Counted from the stretch's first letter, positions 49,334 through 64,000 are shown. The stretch: DNA of 64,000 nucleotides from Chrysomallon squamiferum (GCA_012295275.1 CM022671.1:35960001-36024000); one strand, 5' to 3'. The notes: generated by a model not told the origin, from the letters alone. Numbers and translations: made by a program.

Positions 49334-52300
49334 TTTATTTTATTTTTATAGCTGAATTAAGTTTAGCACAGTTAACAAATTATTCGAACAATTTGTAGTC
49401 GGATACCATTAATTTAATTCGCAAATAAAAATGATAATAAAAAATAAGTAAAAAAAAATATATAAATAGTACCCACGTATAAAATATATACGTACGTACA
49501 TACATACACAGATACCGATAATCGATTGTATAATTAAATTAATTTGCTACCACTATTATTAAATTGTTCGATTATCCCTTGACATTTAATGAAAATTAAA
49601 TAAATAAGAGACAATGATATGTCAGACGTTTGTAGTAGTTGTTGCTGTAGACGCGTGCACCGTGGTTATGACATTAAAGTGAGACGTTACAGCGGTGACG
49701 TGGTTAGAGGTGATTTATTAGCAGCAACTACAGAATCTCTGAAATGTCATAACATTTTCTTTATTTGATTTACTGTCACACTGTTCACGTGGTTTATTTT
49801 TGTAATTTATTATTGGTTGTTATAACCAGTTTTTCACATTTAGCACACAAACATCCCCACGCATACATACCAGACAGACATTTACACATACACACACAAA
49901 CGTACAAAAACACACACAAATATACACAGACACGTAGACACACGCATACGTACACATACACACGTACACACTCTCGCACACGTACACGGACAGATATATA
50001 GAGTTACCAGTATTAACTTAATTATACTATTCGATTTTCATTTAAGCAGTCACTACATTAACCACTAATTTTCAAATCACTGTATAAATTTGTATTAATG
50101 TTGTAAAATGTTAGAGTAACGTCCCCTGGGTGGCATTTATAAATATAATAATGATTAAACAGACATCTGCTTGACAATGGTGAATATGTTTACTGTTTCA
50201 TCTCAAATTTATACTAAATTACATTGTTAAACCATGCGGTACTTCTGAAAACGATGTTACATAATTTGTTTTAGTTTTTTAGTTTATTTACTTACTTACT
50301 TACATACTTACGTACTAATTAATTATTATTACAACTACCACTACCACTATGACATTAAAATCCTTTAAAATTGTGTTGACTGCAACACATAACATAATAA
50401 TGAAAATAATTCCGAACAGATAAAACCTTTATATTTGTTAAAATTAAAGCACAACGTGTATTCACGATAACTTAAGTTCATACACACACACATACACACA
50501 CATACACACACATGCACACACATACACACACAATTCTAAAGAAGAAGTATTTTTACAAATCATCATGGGTTAACTGGGTCTACGCTAATGACCGCGAAGT
50601 GTGACAAAGTGACAGAAGTCAGTTACTGTGACACTGACTAGTCACTGAGTACTAATCTATCTAATATTCCAATTTCCCTTTCACGTCAGTCCACTCTCTC
50701 TGTCCACTTCAGAAACAGACCCACCGTCCGCTGACAGGGACGTGGGAGAAATCGTCACGACGTCAGGCAGACCGAACGACGACGTCTCATTGAAGGTGAT
50801 CAAGTGACTGCAACGGGAACACGACTTGCTGGCATCAGTGAACGTCAGTGACAACAGCCACGGCAAACTGACTGCAGCGCGCAGTGTGATTAACCCTCGA
50901 TTGAAATTCATGTATTCTGTTAACACCGCTTAAACAGTTTGTTTCTCGAACCCGCCGCGGTTTAACGAGACTCGGCGTGACTTGAAATATGCAGCCAGCT
51001 CAGCCCGCCACTGTCCTGTGTTATTTAGCAGCAGACGATTCCAGTTTCATTCACTTTGTAACGCTTTAAACCGCTGTATAATTAATTCTACCGAGGGCAC
51101 CGTAATGGTTGAATGTAATTTGAATTAAATATGCATCAGTTCTCAGTTAGACGTGTTTTATGTAATTGCCGGCAAAGCGGAAGAAACTAGTGCGATGGTT
51201 TAAATAACGGTACCACTCTGACATCATATGACAACGTACACTGACAGTCAAATAACCGTGTAATACTGACAGTCAAATAACGATGTAATGCTGACAGTCA
51301 AACTGTGTGTAATATTAGTGACACGGAACACTGAGCTTTGCTTACTAATATTGTTTTATTTGCGTGGAATTCAGATCTCTCTTGCACTCTTAGCAGTGTT
51401 TTGAAACAGTGAAAAAAGACCTGTGTAAATGATGGCAGTAGAACTTGTTATCTAAGTAAAGACATCTGCAGTTCTTCACCTGCTAATAAAAAAAAAAAAA
51501 ACCCCTGTGTTTTGTACAGCAGTGAGAAGGGCAGATCGCTCGTATTGTCAACTTGTAGCTAAGCAACGTGACGTTAATATGATTAAGTTTTAATTGAAGG
51601 TCACCACTTTGAACAGCAGATCACTTAAGTTTTAGTTTTAAAGCAGCAGTTTGTTTTGTCTCTCCCTCTCTGTGAGATCAGAAAAGTTTAGATGATTACA
51701 TTACTTCATCCTCATACTGATAATCATATTTTTTGAAAATAATAAAATTTATTTTTATTACTCGCTGTTTTCTTTATATTACTAATTTTGTGTATTTATT
51801 TTATTTGTTTATTTATTTATTATTATGTTTTTAAATTTAATTTATCATTGCAGTCGCTTTCACTAAACGAATTTCTTTGACTTACAATCTAAAACTGACT
51901 TTCACAGTTTTTCAAAAGGTTTCCATAAATGTTTTGGGGCGAAAAAGAAACATATTTTGAAGTGAAGTTTAAAAACTAAACGATGTTAATCGGTTTTTGT
52001 TTTGCTTTCGCTGAAACAATTATTTGTTGGAAAATCAAAAATAAAATATTTACCTTTTTATCATTTTGAAAGTCGAAAACGTCAATTAAATATTTTGCGT
52101 CTGTTCAGCTACTACTTTTTATTTATTGCTATATGACGTCACACAATTACTGACGCCTTAGTTACGCCGTGAAAAACGAACAAAAACTAAAGTAATTAGA
52201 AACCAAGTTAAGCCAATATCCGTATTAATATTTTGTTTAATTAAATAAATAAATAATTAATAGTAACAATAAAAGTAATAATAACTAAAATAACAATAAA

Positions 52301-54811
52301 AAAAAAAAAAATAATAATAATAATAAAGAAAGAAAAAACAATTTGAAGATAGTTTAGAGTTATCTATTCTTAGAAATCTAATTAGGGTTGTCTTTTTTTA
52401 GGAATGCCGAGTTTTAAAGAACATTTGAGTTCATCTTTACAGCAAATTTCACATCTAAGAGATCGCATCTATCGGGTAACAAGTTAAAATAGTTTTCTAT
52501 TTTCCATTCAAAGATGGACATTTGCATAATCTTGTGAAGTAGCGATCTGTTTGCATCTATAAATTTGCATGTTGTGGTAAATTCATGATTAGCCGATGTC
52601 AGTGACATTTCACAGAAAACAGTGAACGATTGAATTACACCGAGCTCATTCATCAAGACGTTTAGTCTGATATCTTCTTTAGTTTATCTTTCATCCATTT
52701 TTTTAAATCTTTAGTTCTCTTTATCTCTCGTTCTTTAGTTTTTGTCTCTGTTTTATTTTTTCAACCCTCTCTTTTTTTCTCGACTAGTCTTTTTCGACTA
52801 GTCTTTTTCGACTCTCTTTTTTTAATTCACTTTTTCCATTTAATAATGGATTTTTTAAAAACAAACTGTATCCAGCAGGAATTTGCAGCAAGACGTCAGT
52901 AGCTTAACTTTGTAATTATGTTCACTTTACCAGATGTTACAACAGAAATGTAACATTTAAAGCAGTTAGATTTAGTTTTAAAAATAGATAATTTAATAAT
53001 GATGTAAAAGAAGTAATAAATGGTAAAACCAAAAACCTAATTTTTATTAATAATCCAAATATTTCTAACGAACAAAATTAATAAATAAATAAATAAATAT
53101 GAATGCACATATGTATGTATAATAAAATAATTTAGACAAAAATAACAGAACACTATAACTACATTCCACATGTGTTATTTCTAGAAACACACCACACACA
53201 CACATACACGCGCGCGTTACAGTATCATTTTATCCTGCATTTAAATGAAATAAATAAAATATTCTTAATTTCGTTTCCTCATTATTTTCAGTCTTTATTA
53301 TTTGATATATTTTTCTTCATTACAATCTCCACACATGAAATTTTGTTTGACTTTCAGAAAGATGTAATTAAGTTTACTGGAGATCAGATTTTCACGTCAA
53401 ATAATCTTCTGTGAAACAATCATTGATATGTTTGTAAATGACGTTTTATTTACTGTTAGGTAGATACTGCTACTTAAAACTGTTACGAATACAATGAATA
53501 GACCCATTATTAAACATGTCAATGATTTTAACGATGACGTTGGTTTGAAAACTGATATTCATAGAAACCCACTTTAGACTGTTAATTGAATATGCATCAC
53601 TTGAAAGTGATTAATGTGGAGGATGAAATTATTGCTCTAGTTGATGATATCTTCATATTCGTCTTACTTGAATTTAGTCTGAATTCTGTGTTAGTGACCC
53701 CTTCACACGAAATGTGTACTAAGTATTTTTTGTGCAGGTTTATTATTTCTTTATTTACTTTTTATTATTGTTGTTGTTGTTGGTGTTGTCATTATTTATT
53801 TATTGTTTTGTTTTGATTTTGATTTTTTATGTTTAAGCTTTCAAAAATTTATCAAAATCTAAGCTTAGAATTAATACATCGCTCATTGTATTATGATAAT
53901 ATGAAAAACGTTGTATTATAAAATCGTTTTGGTCCGTTTTTCAGGCAGTTATTTTGACATATTAATAACTTCAGAAGTTGTAATGTAGCTGACTAACCTT
54001 CACCAGATCGTACAAATTATTACATCAGATTTAAAATGTTTTAAATGTTTTAAATGTAAGACAGCAAACAGCAGAAGTTTCTGAAGGTTTTAAGTGAACT
54101 TGTGTGTGAATCGTACCAAGCGGTCAGTTTATGGTAATTACTACACACGTTCTGATGACGTTCTCTACTGAGAGCTGACAACAGTTTACAGAACAGAATT
54201 TCCTTTACTGATGAGAGAATACTTTTCAGTGTTAGCTTTCAGTTAAAAACGTCCATTGTTAAATTATTAAACTAAATTATGTGTTTGGTATATATTAACA
54301 CCAAAAATAAAAACATGTTGAGAAGATAATCGTTCATTCATTCTTTCATATTACTTTTTTTTTTTTTTTCTTCTTTTTTTTTTTTTTTTTTGTGTGTGTG
54401 TTTTTTTCCGATAAAGTAATTTATATAACATGGTGTCTCTATGGTTGTATATCATAGTCTCCTTGTCGATTTCATTATCTATCAAATACCGCGCTGTTTA
54501 AAATAACGATATATCTTAATTATTACGTTTGATTCCTCTGTGTACACAAAGATAAACGGTCTGAGTTTCTATTCTTGTATTTCTCAAGTGAAGACTGAGA
54601 AAAGATCGGTTTCAGTCTCGTGCACTCAGTTTGATGTGGTGTGTGCTCTGAAATGTTTTGTATGGATTCCTCAGGGCTCGAACAATTATCTCAACAAAAG
54701 ATTATCAATTACTTTTTTTTTTTTTCTGATATACATGTAATTCGATTATGCCATGCGGTACCATATATGTTTTCTATGCTGTTTAATCTAACATAACTTT
54801 TATTAGTGGTA

Positions 54812-54862
<51 letters not shown>

Positions 54863-55204
54863 CCCTTTATAATTGTAACTTGTCCTAACAAGATATTATT
54901 GGATGTTCTGGAGAGAGTTGGTCTGGTATTAATGAGCAAGTTATGATTCTTTGCAGTGCACGTATAGTTTCTTCTGTTTAATAAAATTTTGTAATATAAA
55001 GTTGTTATAATTACGTGAATTCGGCTTGATCTGTGCAGAAATTCTGGCGAATTTATTTTCTTTCTTTTATTTATGGAGTCAGGTCATGTGTTGTTGACAA
55101 ATTTCAGGATGTTTTTCAAGGGAAAATCCACAGTTTCAGTAAAGTGGAATCACAGACACTGAGCAGAATGTAGCTTACAAGATGAAGCAAATTTAGCAGA
55201 AGAG

Positions 55205-55515
55205 TTAAATTAATAAATAAATAAGTCTAATAAATAAATGAGTACATAAATAAATAAATAAACAAGTAAATGAATAAATAAATAAACAAGTAAATAAATA
55301 AATAAACAAACAAATAAATAAACAAACAAATAAATAAACAAGTAAATAAATAAATAAACAAACAAATAAATAAACAAACAAACAAACAAACAAACAAATA
55401 AATAAACAAACAAATAAACAAATAAATAAACAAATAAATAAATAAATAAATAAAAATAAATAAATAAATAAACAAGTAAATAACTAAATAAATAAATAAG
55501 CGAGTAAGTAAGTAA
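55205..55515. repeat. (AAAT/AAAC/AAGT)n tetranucleotide microsatellite
   Basis: Read directly. A similar tract lies at 26400-26610. Confidence 0.9.
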
Positions 55516-56886
55516 ACATGAAGAAAAATCGACAAGAAATGAAACAGAGTTTGTGCTGCACCCACTGGACACGCTGCTGATTTGTGAGTTCTGACAAACA
55601 CTGAACAGACAGACTTTTCACCTCCGAGTACAGCTCTCAGACCACGCTCACACTTCACACTCAGCCCCGCTCTGTGTGCTTATTGATCACAGACGTCTCA
55701 AAGAAAGCAGTAATCGCGTTTGACCAGCAGCACTCTACAGATCTGCACTTTTTTTTTCATTTTGTCAAGCAGGAACGCCGTACTCAGTCTGAAGAGATTA
55801 GTAGCTGTATCACTTCTCCTTCAGACTTTTGTCTCGCTACTTCGGCCACACGAGTCACCTACAAATACTTTTATCAAAGAGCATGGCATCCATTTTTATA
55901 TCTACGGGAAGAAGTAAGTTAAAGATTCATACTGCTACTCAGATTTCCTTTTTTATATATATATAAATATAATCGTTTAAACAAAAAAATGCATGTTTGA
56001 AGACTAGTGTTTGTTAATATTGATAAATGAAAATAATAAAATAAGAGAGTGAGCAGTGCTGAGGATCGATCCTGCAGACTACAGCGAAGCAGCGCTTGTG
56101 CCCCAGAACGACACAGGACTGTTAGTGTGGTAATTAATTACCGAAGTAGAGTTACTCACCCCAAAGATTAATTTCCCAGGAGTAAAGCGAGTTCACCTCT
56201 GGCAGTTCTCGGGTCAAAGGTTACACGTTACATCGATTCATCCTGCCCAGCGATTCTCTACATTATAAAGCAATTATTCTTTCATCCAAGTCATGTGTTT
56301 ATTATTTATGTAAATTGTATCTAACTGGCGTCTTGCCGATTGTTAGCACCAGAAGCATACTGGGTATGCTGTTATTGTAGAAAATGATATCGGTTAATGT
56401 GAAATATTTCCAGCGATAAACTAGTAGACAGACAGACAGACATAAAAAAATGAAATAAATGAAAAGAAAGAAAGAAAGTTGGACAGAATGAAATGCAGAC
56501 AAACGGCGATACAAAAGATGAAGAGAAAGACGACAGACAAACACAGACAGTCAAACAAACAGACAGAGACAAACATGTAGATATTCGTTATCTGGTTAGA
56601 TGAATAGTAGTATGTTACAAATGGGACTGTTATTGAAATATTAGGGCAAGAAGGTGACAAGAAAAATATTAATTTCAATATTATTTGTACATGTAATTAC
56701 TTTTAGCTCTACTAAAACGAATAAAGACAATATTTTACGTTTGTATTAGTAAGATGTTCTGTTTTCTTTAATGTTCATAAAAACGTGACAACATTCGATC
56801 TTCGTTGTCATTCTTGACTTGTTCTTCTTACTTATAGTGCACTTTCATAAAAACATCTCTCCGATACGTTCATGTCTGAGAGATGA

Positions 56887-57338
56887 ACACAGTGATATTT
56901 GATATATAGACACAGTGGTATTTGATATATAGACAGAGTGAAATTTGATATATAGACACAGTGGTATTTGATATATAGACAGAGTGATATTTGTTATATA
57001 GACAGTGATATTTGATATATAGACAGAGTGATATTTGATATATAGACAGTGATATTTGATATATAGACACACTGATATTTGATATATAGACAGAGTGGTA
57101 TTTGATACATAGACAGAGTGATATCTGATACATAGACAGAGTGATATTTGATATATAGACAGAGTGATATTTGATACATAGACAGAGTGATATTTGATAT
57201 ATAGACAGAGTGATATTTGATTATATAGACACAGTGATATTTGATTATATAGACACAGTGATATTTGAGACGAAGACACGGTGATATTTGAGACGAAGAC
57301 ACGGTGATATTTGAGACGTAGACACAGTGATATTTGAC
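56887..57338. repeat. ~23-bp minisatellite, about 20 copies
   Basis: Unit A(G/C)AGTGATATTTGATATATAGAC with 21- and 24-bp variants; ACGGTGATATTTGAGACGAAGAC variants at the right end. Confidence 0.95.
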
Positions 57339-57710
57339 ATCATTATTTTCCCTTTTTCCATTTTGACATTTATTTTGCGTTTGTCGCCGATATGAATGCT
57401 CACAGTGTTATCACATTAAGTGATTATTGTGAATACAACTCTCACCGGGAAATACAGATCTTTGTTAACGAATCGAACAATATGTTGGATGTCTTGTAAA
57501 TGCTTATAATTATTTGTTCAAAACGCTGTTAACACCTCTATCGTTTGTTTTTTCTATTAATTTGTGACAATACTTTTGTAGTTTAAATTCTTGTTGTTTT
57601 GTTGTTAGTACTTAACTTTGTCCTTGTTCAGACCGTATGCATAAAATTGTAAGGCTTCACACCATTATTTTTGTTGTATTCTTCTTCTTCTTCTTCTTCT
57701 TCTTCTTCTT

Positions 57711-57778
<68 letters not shown>

Positions 57779-60096
57779 GTGGTGGTTAAAAAGAGATAAT
57801 GTTTTTATATATTGTTATATTAAATTATATATATATTCAGACCTTTTCCACGGCAGCAGATTGAGATTACATATGAAATACATTTCCCGTTCTAACTGAT
57901 GCATCATATATATTTCCTTTCAAGTCATTTTTCACAGCGGAAAACAACTGTTTAGATAAAAACTTAAATAACTCCGCTAAATACTTTTCTATAAGTTTAT
58001 AAAACCTTTGTCTGCATCTCCAGCTATCATACAAGACCAGCATTAATAAAAAGCTTATATTATATATTCTGAAAAATTAATATTCAAGAAATAGACGTTA
58101 CTTTGTACATCTGTTGCAGAAGTGAACTGCAACTGCCTGTTTGATAACTTTGTTTTTTAACAGATTACGTTTTCTACGGCAATGTGAGCCGATGATACGC
58201 TGAAAAATTAACACTAATACAATTACGAGAATAATGAGAGAGGATCTACAAGTGTATTGTGCTTTCATTCGCTAAGACGATAATTGCGAATAGCAGTCAG
58301 TCCAGTTTAGATAATTTGATCGTTTCCTAATTACCAGTCGCTTTGTAGTTCGTTAACTAGCTACATCTGAAATAACGATCTATCTCTGAGTTTTTCATTA
58401 AACCATTTGTTTTCTGAGCGGTTTTTTCTTCTTCACAGCTAACTATGATATTTGTTGTAACTGATAATGATCTGCATTGAAGACATGCTGTAAAGACAAG
58501 TATTAGATGTAACTAAATTGCATTTGGAAACGTTTTTCTCTGCTTCAGCACTTTGCGTCCACTGGCAGACGTGAAGTCACCTGCCGCTCGCTGAACGGTG
58601 CTAAATTGGGATCAGTTCGTTTCGTTTAATTCGCTTCACTCGATAATTAACTTTTGAAGATTTCCTCCGAGGAGGCAGAAATGTTAGTATTGATTAGCAG
58701 AGGCCAACAATTCCATCAAGTTTTCAAACTTTTAACTTTGCAGTTGGGGTTCAGTTCTTGTGGGTTTAGTCTTAAATTAACTTGATGTTATTTTCCATAA
58801 TACGTTTTAACAAACCGATTTTTACATATTTATATATATATTTTTTTTTTTTTTAGTTTGAAATAGAATAAATGAAATAAAATTATTATAAATAAATAAA
58901 TATATATATATATATATATATAAAATGAGATTAATATTCATTTATACGTACTTTCTATATTTTTGTTTTTATTATTAGTATTAAGATTAAAGTAGCAACA
59001 CGTTTTATTATTCATATTTTATATTTAACATCTTCTCAGACATGAAAACATTGTGTAATCCGTCTGGCTCAGGAGAATGGAATTAAAAATAAAAGAATAC
59101 GAAAGCCCATCGCGGTCATTTCTGCTATTAAAAAGTGTAAACCAAGTAGCAAACACTATAAATAAAAAGTCTTTCAATTATTCTACACCTCTAAAATTTT
59201 ATTACGTTTGTTAATCTAGAGCGTGGTTTACTGAGTAAAATAAAAACAAATAAAATAAAAAGGCATAATGTAATTGAAATATTTTTTTTAACACACCAAA
59301 TGATGCTGTATAATAGCGGCTATCGTAGTAGAAGCAGTAGCAACAGTAGCTGTAGTAGTAGTGTCAGTATTACTGTTGATGGTACTAGTAGTAGTAGTTG
59401 TAGTAGCGGTAGTAGTAGTAGTAGCAGCAGCCGCAGCTGTAGAAATAGTAGTAGTAGAAGAGGTAGTATAAGTAGTGATAAAAGTATTTTTCACAGTAGT
59501 AGTAGTAATAGTAATTGTTGTTGTAATTATGAAAACAATTTTTTCGGAGAAAAATTAGAATAAAGAAGGGAAGAAAAATGTTCAAAATAACTGATATGGT
59601 CTTCCATGTAAAAGAAGAAAACGCTTATTTTAAATGACACATGGTACAAATTACTTTGACTGACTGGAAGTATCTAAAAATGGTCAATAAAATTAAACAG
59701 CCAACACCGCCACGTGAAGCAGACTTGTCCGCGAGCTTTCAGTGGTTCTGTCTCCCAGCAGACGACTGTTCGCGCTGACCGCCTTTCCCGCCGTGTCTGC
59801 CGGGAGTTCTGTTTGCGGGTCTTTACGATATACACGATGAACCGATAAGCGCTCAAGTCTCACCACAGTTTTTGTACGATAAAACAAAGAGAGTGATACC
59901 GGCATTACAGGGAGATTTGTGACCAGATCCTCAAGTTCAAAGAGAGGATTTGACGATAACACCGAGATGACGGGCTGTTTGCTTCACAGTGAAAGAGAAA
60001 TTACTTTCACGCCAATAGTTTTAATAGTGTCACGTCAATGAGCCCCTACTGCATCGATATCGTTTGGTAGAGTGATTCAAACAGCTCAACGTGTGT

Positions 60097-60186
<90 letters not shown>

Positions 60187-61277
60187 GATCAAGATCAAGA
60201 TAAAAAAACCAAAATCAAATCAAATGAACAGCAGTAAAATTAACAGTAATGAGAAAATTGCGTGCTTAACGAAATAATGAACAAAAACAAGAAATAATAA
60301 ATATCAGATGATGCGTATTTATTTATTTAAAAAAAAAATAAACAAACATAAATATATAAAAATATAATAAAAATAATAATAAAATAAAATAAATAAATAA
60401 ATAACGAAAGAAAAAGAGAAATAAAGCATAAACAACTTCGCTGTGTTAACGCAGATGTGTTTTGGTAATAAGACACAATTTAATAAAATATCTGCTTGGA
60501 AACATAACCATAACGCAACTTCCGTGTTCCAGCAGACAAACAGACAAATTATACACAGAAATACACACACAGACAGAATGTCTGATAAAAAAAATAAAAA
60601 TAAAAATAACAAAGCGGTTAATAAGTGAGCATTTTTTAAAAGAATTCTCCAGTCTTTATTAACATTCCGCACCTCAAAAGAACTTCGCAGTTTCAGATAT
60701 CAGTCGATAATTAACAAAAATGAAAAATAAAAGTAGCTGAAATTATCTCCACAGCAAAACCCAATAAACTGAGAAAACATTTAGAGAGAGAAAAAAGTTC
60801 AGTTTAATTTTAAAACGTCTTTCAGAAGCAGACGCCAGTCTTGCACGTGCAGTGATGACGATGCTGTAGTTTTGTGTTGTTTGTTTTTTAAATTTTATCT
60901 TCAGCTCCTCCAGTACCAGTCTCCCTCATTTTCTTCATCTACACGTCGAGTCAGCAAACTGGAATGGAACATAAAATCAGCAGCGTCTCTGATGTTACAG
61001 ATCAATGATCGTTAAGTCACTCGCCTCAACAATCCAGAAAAAAATAAAATAAAGAAATATTATCTGTGTGATCTTCAGAGAGGAAATAGTTTTAAATTAC
61101 CGGCTATCGCTTTTATTAACTCTAGAATTTCATCTTTCCCTTTTAGATCGATATACTTTGGTATCGAATACCAAAACTGTATGCAGTGTTAAATGATGAT
61201 GATGATAGTTTTAGTAATAATAATAACCATAAACATAATAAAAATAAACATAATAAAAAAATACAAATAAAAATAAA

Positions 61278-61311
<34 letters not shown>

Positions 61312-62082
61312 GCATCACCAACAACAACAAAACAACAACAACAACAACAATACTACTACTAATAAAATTGTGTCTGTTTGTGTGTATTCGTGTGTGTGAA
61401 TTTCTAAGAGTCAGATAACGCGTATGTATGCATGCCAGTTTTTCAGATAGTACTGTTTTAATCAACGTTTCTCATATTTGTTCTGTTAATAATGTTCCAT
61501 CTGTTTGGACGAAGTGAACATCGCTGACGTCGTTAACTAGGTGTTTACCACGAGCAGCACGGAGCTCCGTGGTCTGCGGGACAAGCTGATTATATTTTCG
61601 AGTTAACGTCGATTCGAGATAAAGAGAAAGATATCGACACATCGAGGCTTTCTCGACGTCTCATCTGATATCACTGCGGTGGAATTTTCTCAGTCTTCTT
61701 CAAATGCTGTGACTTGTCCGTTTTACTCTTCAACTCGTCTGTCTTCCGTCTTCGGCCTATGGTCGTTTGGAAATACAATTTAGCCTGCGATAGCTTACTG
61801 GTTAGAAATATCGGTTGAAATGATATGAACTCACTCGTATACACTACACATGCTCACACAGACATACACAAATATAATCACTGTATTGGATCTGCTAATC
61901 AATTCTAGGTTTTTATGTGATGGTTTTTCCTCTTGTTCAAAAATCTTGTTTAAATTTCATTCTAAGATTAAGTAGAAAAGGTCAGTAGAAGTTACTTAAG
62001 CTCGAGTAGTGATACTGGGAAACAAACAACATGCGACTTAATTAATACAACAATTTATATAAACAATATATAAACAATAAAA

Positions 62083-62121
<39 letters not shown>

Positions 62122-62221
62122 CAAAACAAAACAGCAACAACAACAAAAATAAAATAAAATACGTCTAACAAACCTAAAAGGAAAACAGTGTTGTTATAAT
62201 GAAAATGAAACTGAAACATTA

Positions 62222-62296
<75 letters not shown>

Positions 62297-62947
62297 TGTT
62301 AAATGCTATTAAACACATCGTATCAGTTTTCAGTAATTATGATCTGTTTCACTAATGTAAAAAACTCAAACTCATTATCACGTACAAAAAACAGCAGAAA
62401 GAAAAATAAAAACGTTGACACTTTCTTAGGTAACAGCTGCAGTTTCTCTCAGTCAGCAAATGAAAGAAAACATCACTCGTTTTTTTTTTTTTTTTTTTTT
62501 TTTTAACTTACTAAGACGTTACTACAATTCTGTATTCGAAATTCCGATCAAGGAATGAGAGCACCGCAGACAAGAGATCATGGCATAATTTATTATTAGC
62601 ACTGAATTCAGTTAATAAAAGTTTACTTGGTAAATTTTCAAAGTTCATGACGTGTGAACATCAGCAGTGCACAGTTCCTTATATTTTACTTATATTTATT
62701 CGCTGTTTACTTTCTAAACAAAGCGTGATCCGAAGATCGCCTGCCAGATGAAATATTATGCGCAATTAATCTTGGTTATTGGCTTTATGTAACACCTCTG
62801 GCGCCTGAAATCAATACAGTTGTATATATAAAAAATAGATAGAACTTTCGGCGGCAAAAGGCTAAATCAGATTAACAGTCTGAGTTCTGTATCTTACAGA
62901 CAGTTGATAGTGCAGGAAAAGAATTTTTACCATCGGATTTGCCTATC

Positions 62948-63035
<88 letters not shown>

Positions 63036-63793
63036 AGATAGATAGATAGAGAGACAGAGAGAGAGAGAAAAATCTAGTAGACAAATAAACAAACAAACAA
63101 ATAAATAAACAAACAATTATATAAATAAATAAATAAATAAGTAAAGGGATTTGGTCACTTCTAAAACGAATAAGTAAACCTGATCTAATTTTCATTATCA
63201 CTTATTTGACTTAACACGTAAAAGAATGCAGTTAGGGGGAATTTACTCTGAAACCGTTTAGTAATTGCCAGTGACATTTCAGTGACTGCCTGACGCCAAA
63301 GTGATTAAATGTCAACCAGCAGATATCGACTCGTCCCACCCACTCCTCTGTCCACCGCTGTCCGAAATGTGGACGCAGAAAAAAGAGTTTTGATTAATTT
63401 TGATGATTTCAGTCGCGTAAAAGTGGGAGAGATGATTGTTTCAAATGGTTTAACATTTCTTGTCTGAGATTTGTGTTAAAAACATTTCACGTTCGTTCAC
63501 AGCCGATTCAGTCAGATTGTTAAACATCAATACATACATGATTTCTAGAACAACGTCAATTTCTTCATAATGGATCAAACTGTTGAAACAGAGTCTGGCT
63601 GTGTGATAACATCAACTGTCAAGTTTAGACTAGTGTTGAAATCACAGGCTGTGGGTGCATGGTTCGTGTCATGACAGTAACTTAAACCATACTGACATGT
63701 AGAAGCAAAGCAGTTTTCAATGATTTAAGCATGAATATACATACATACATACATACATACATACATACATACATACATACATACATACATACA

Positions 63794-63841
<48 letters not shown>

Positions 63842-64000
63842 ATTTAAAATTCTGAAAAATAATAATTAAAATAGTCTATTACCGTGATAGATATTTTGGA
63901 AACATGAAATTTACTTTGTGTATCTGAGTGATCTCAAGCCATGGTTCTTTTCACCAGTGAACTTTGACAGGTCACACGAAACGATATCGTCTGACTCAAA

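Noticed and set aside
52778-52815. 14-bp repeat containing GACTAGTC, and short duplications at 49140-49228 and 2847-2910
   Set aside because: Ordinary local slippage duplications with no further structure.
55996-56016. TTGAAGACTAGTGTTTGTT resembles miR-7
   Set aside because: The seed mismatches (TTGAAGAC versus TGGAAGAC) and no complementary arm is visible.
56040-56120. Possible degenerate SINE head (GGATCGATCC B-box-like) and vaguely SINE-like fragments near 18870, 44480 and 51480
   Set aside because: Too degenerate to support without a repeat-library search.
56845-57302. Three overlapping ORFs with periodic Cys/Tyr/His
   Set aside because: Artefacts of the 23-bp minisatellite; no splice or codon support.

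Overview
AT-rich, microsatellite-rich, intron-dense animal genomic DNA. It looks invertebrate, possibly molluscan, but the taxon is only an inference. Positions 1-44 kb hold two motile-cilium genes arranged head-to-head around a short CpG-retaining promoter with RFX X-box-like motifs (~33.5-34.3 kb). On the minus strand is an inner-arm axonemal dynein heavy chain, most similar to DNAH12: 50 coding exons traced by hand in one continuous frame, about 3,035 codons, continuing off the left edge. On the plus strand is a complete IQUB gene (11 coding exons, 911 aa) with an N-terminal (ETEPx)n repeat. The most notable observations are: (i) the two genes sharing this promoter encode axonemal neighbours (inner dynein and radial-spoke-1 base); (ii) at least eight tandem duplications straddle exon-intron junctions and copy splice sites into introns, one of them also making a cluster of X-box-like motifs; (iii) two in-frame microexons and a GC-AG intron in the dynein gene; (iv) a visible switch from CpG-depleted gene bodies to a CpG-retaining, apparently gene-free region at 44-64 kb. 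All homology calls come from my recognition of the protein sequence, not from database searches.
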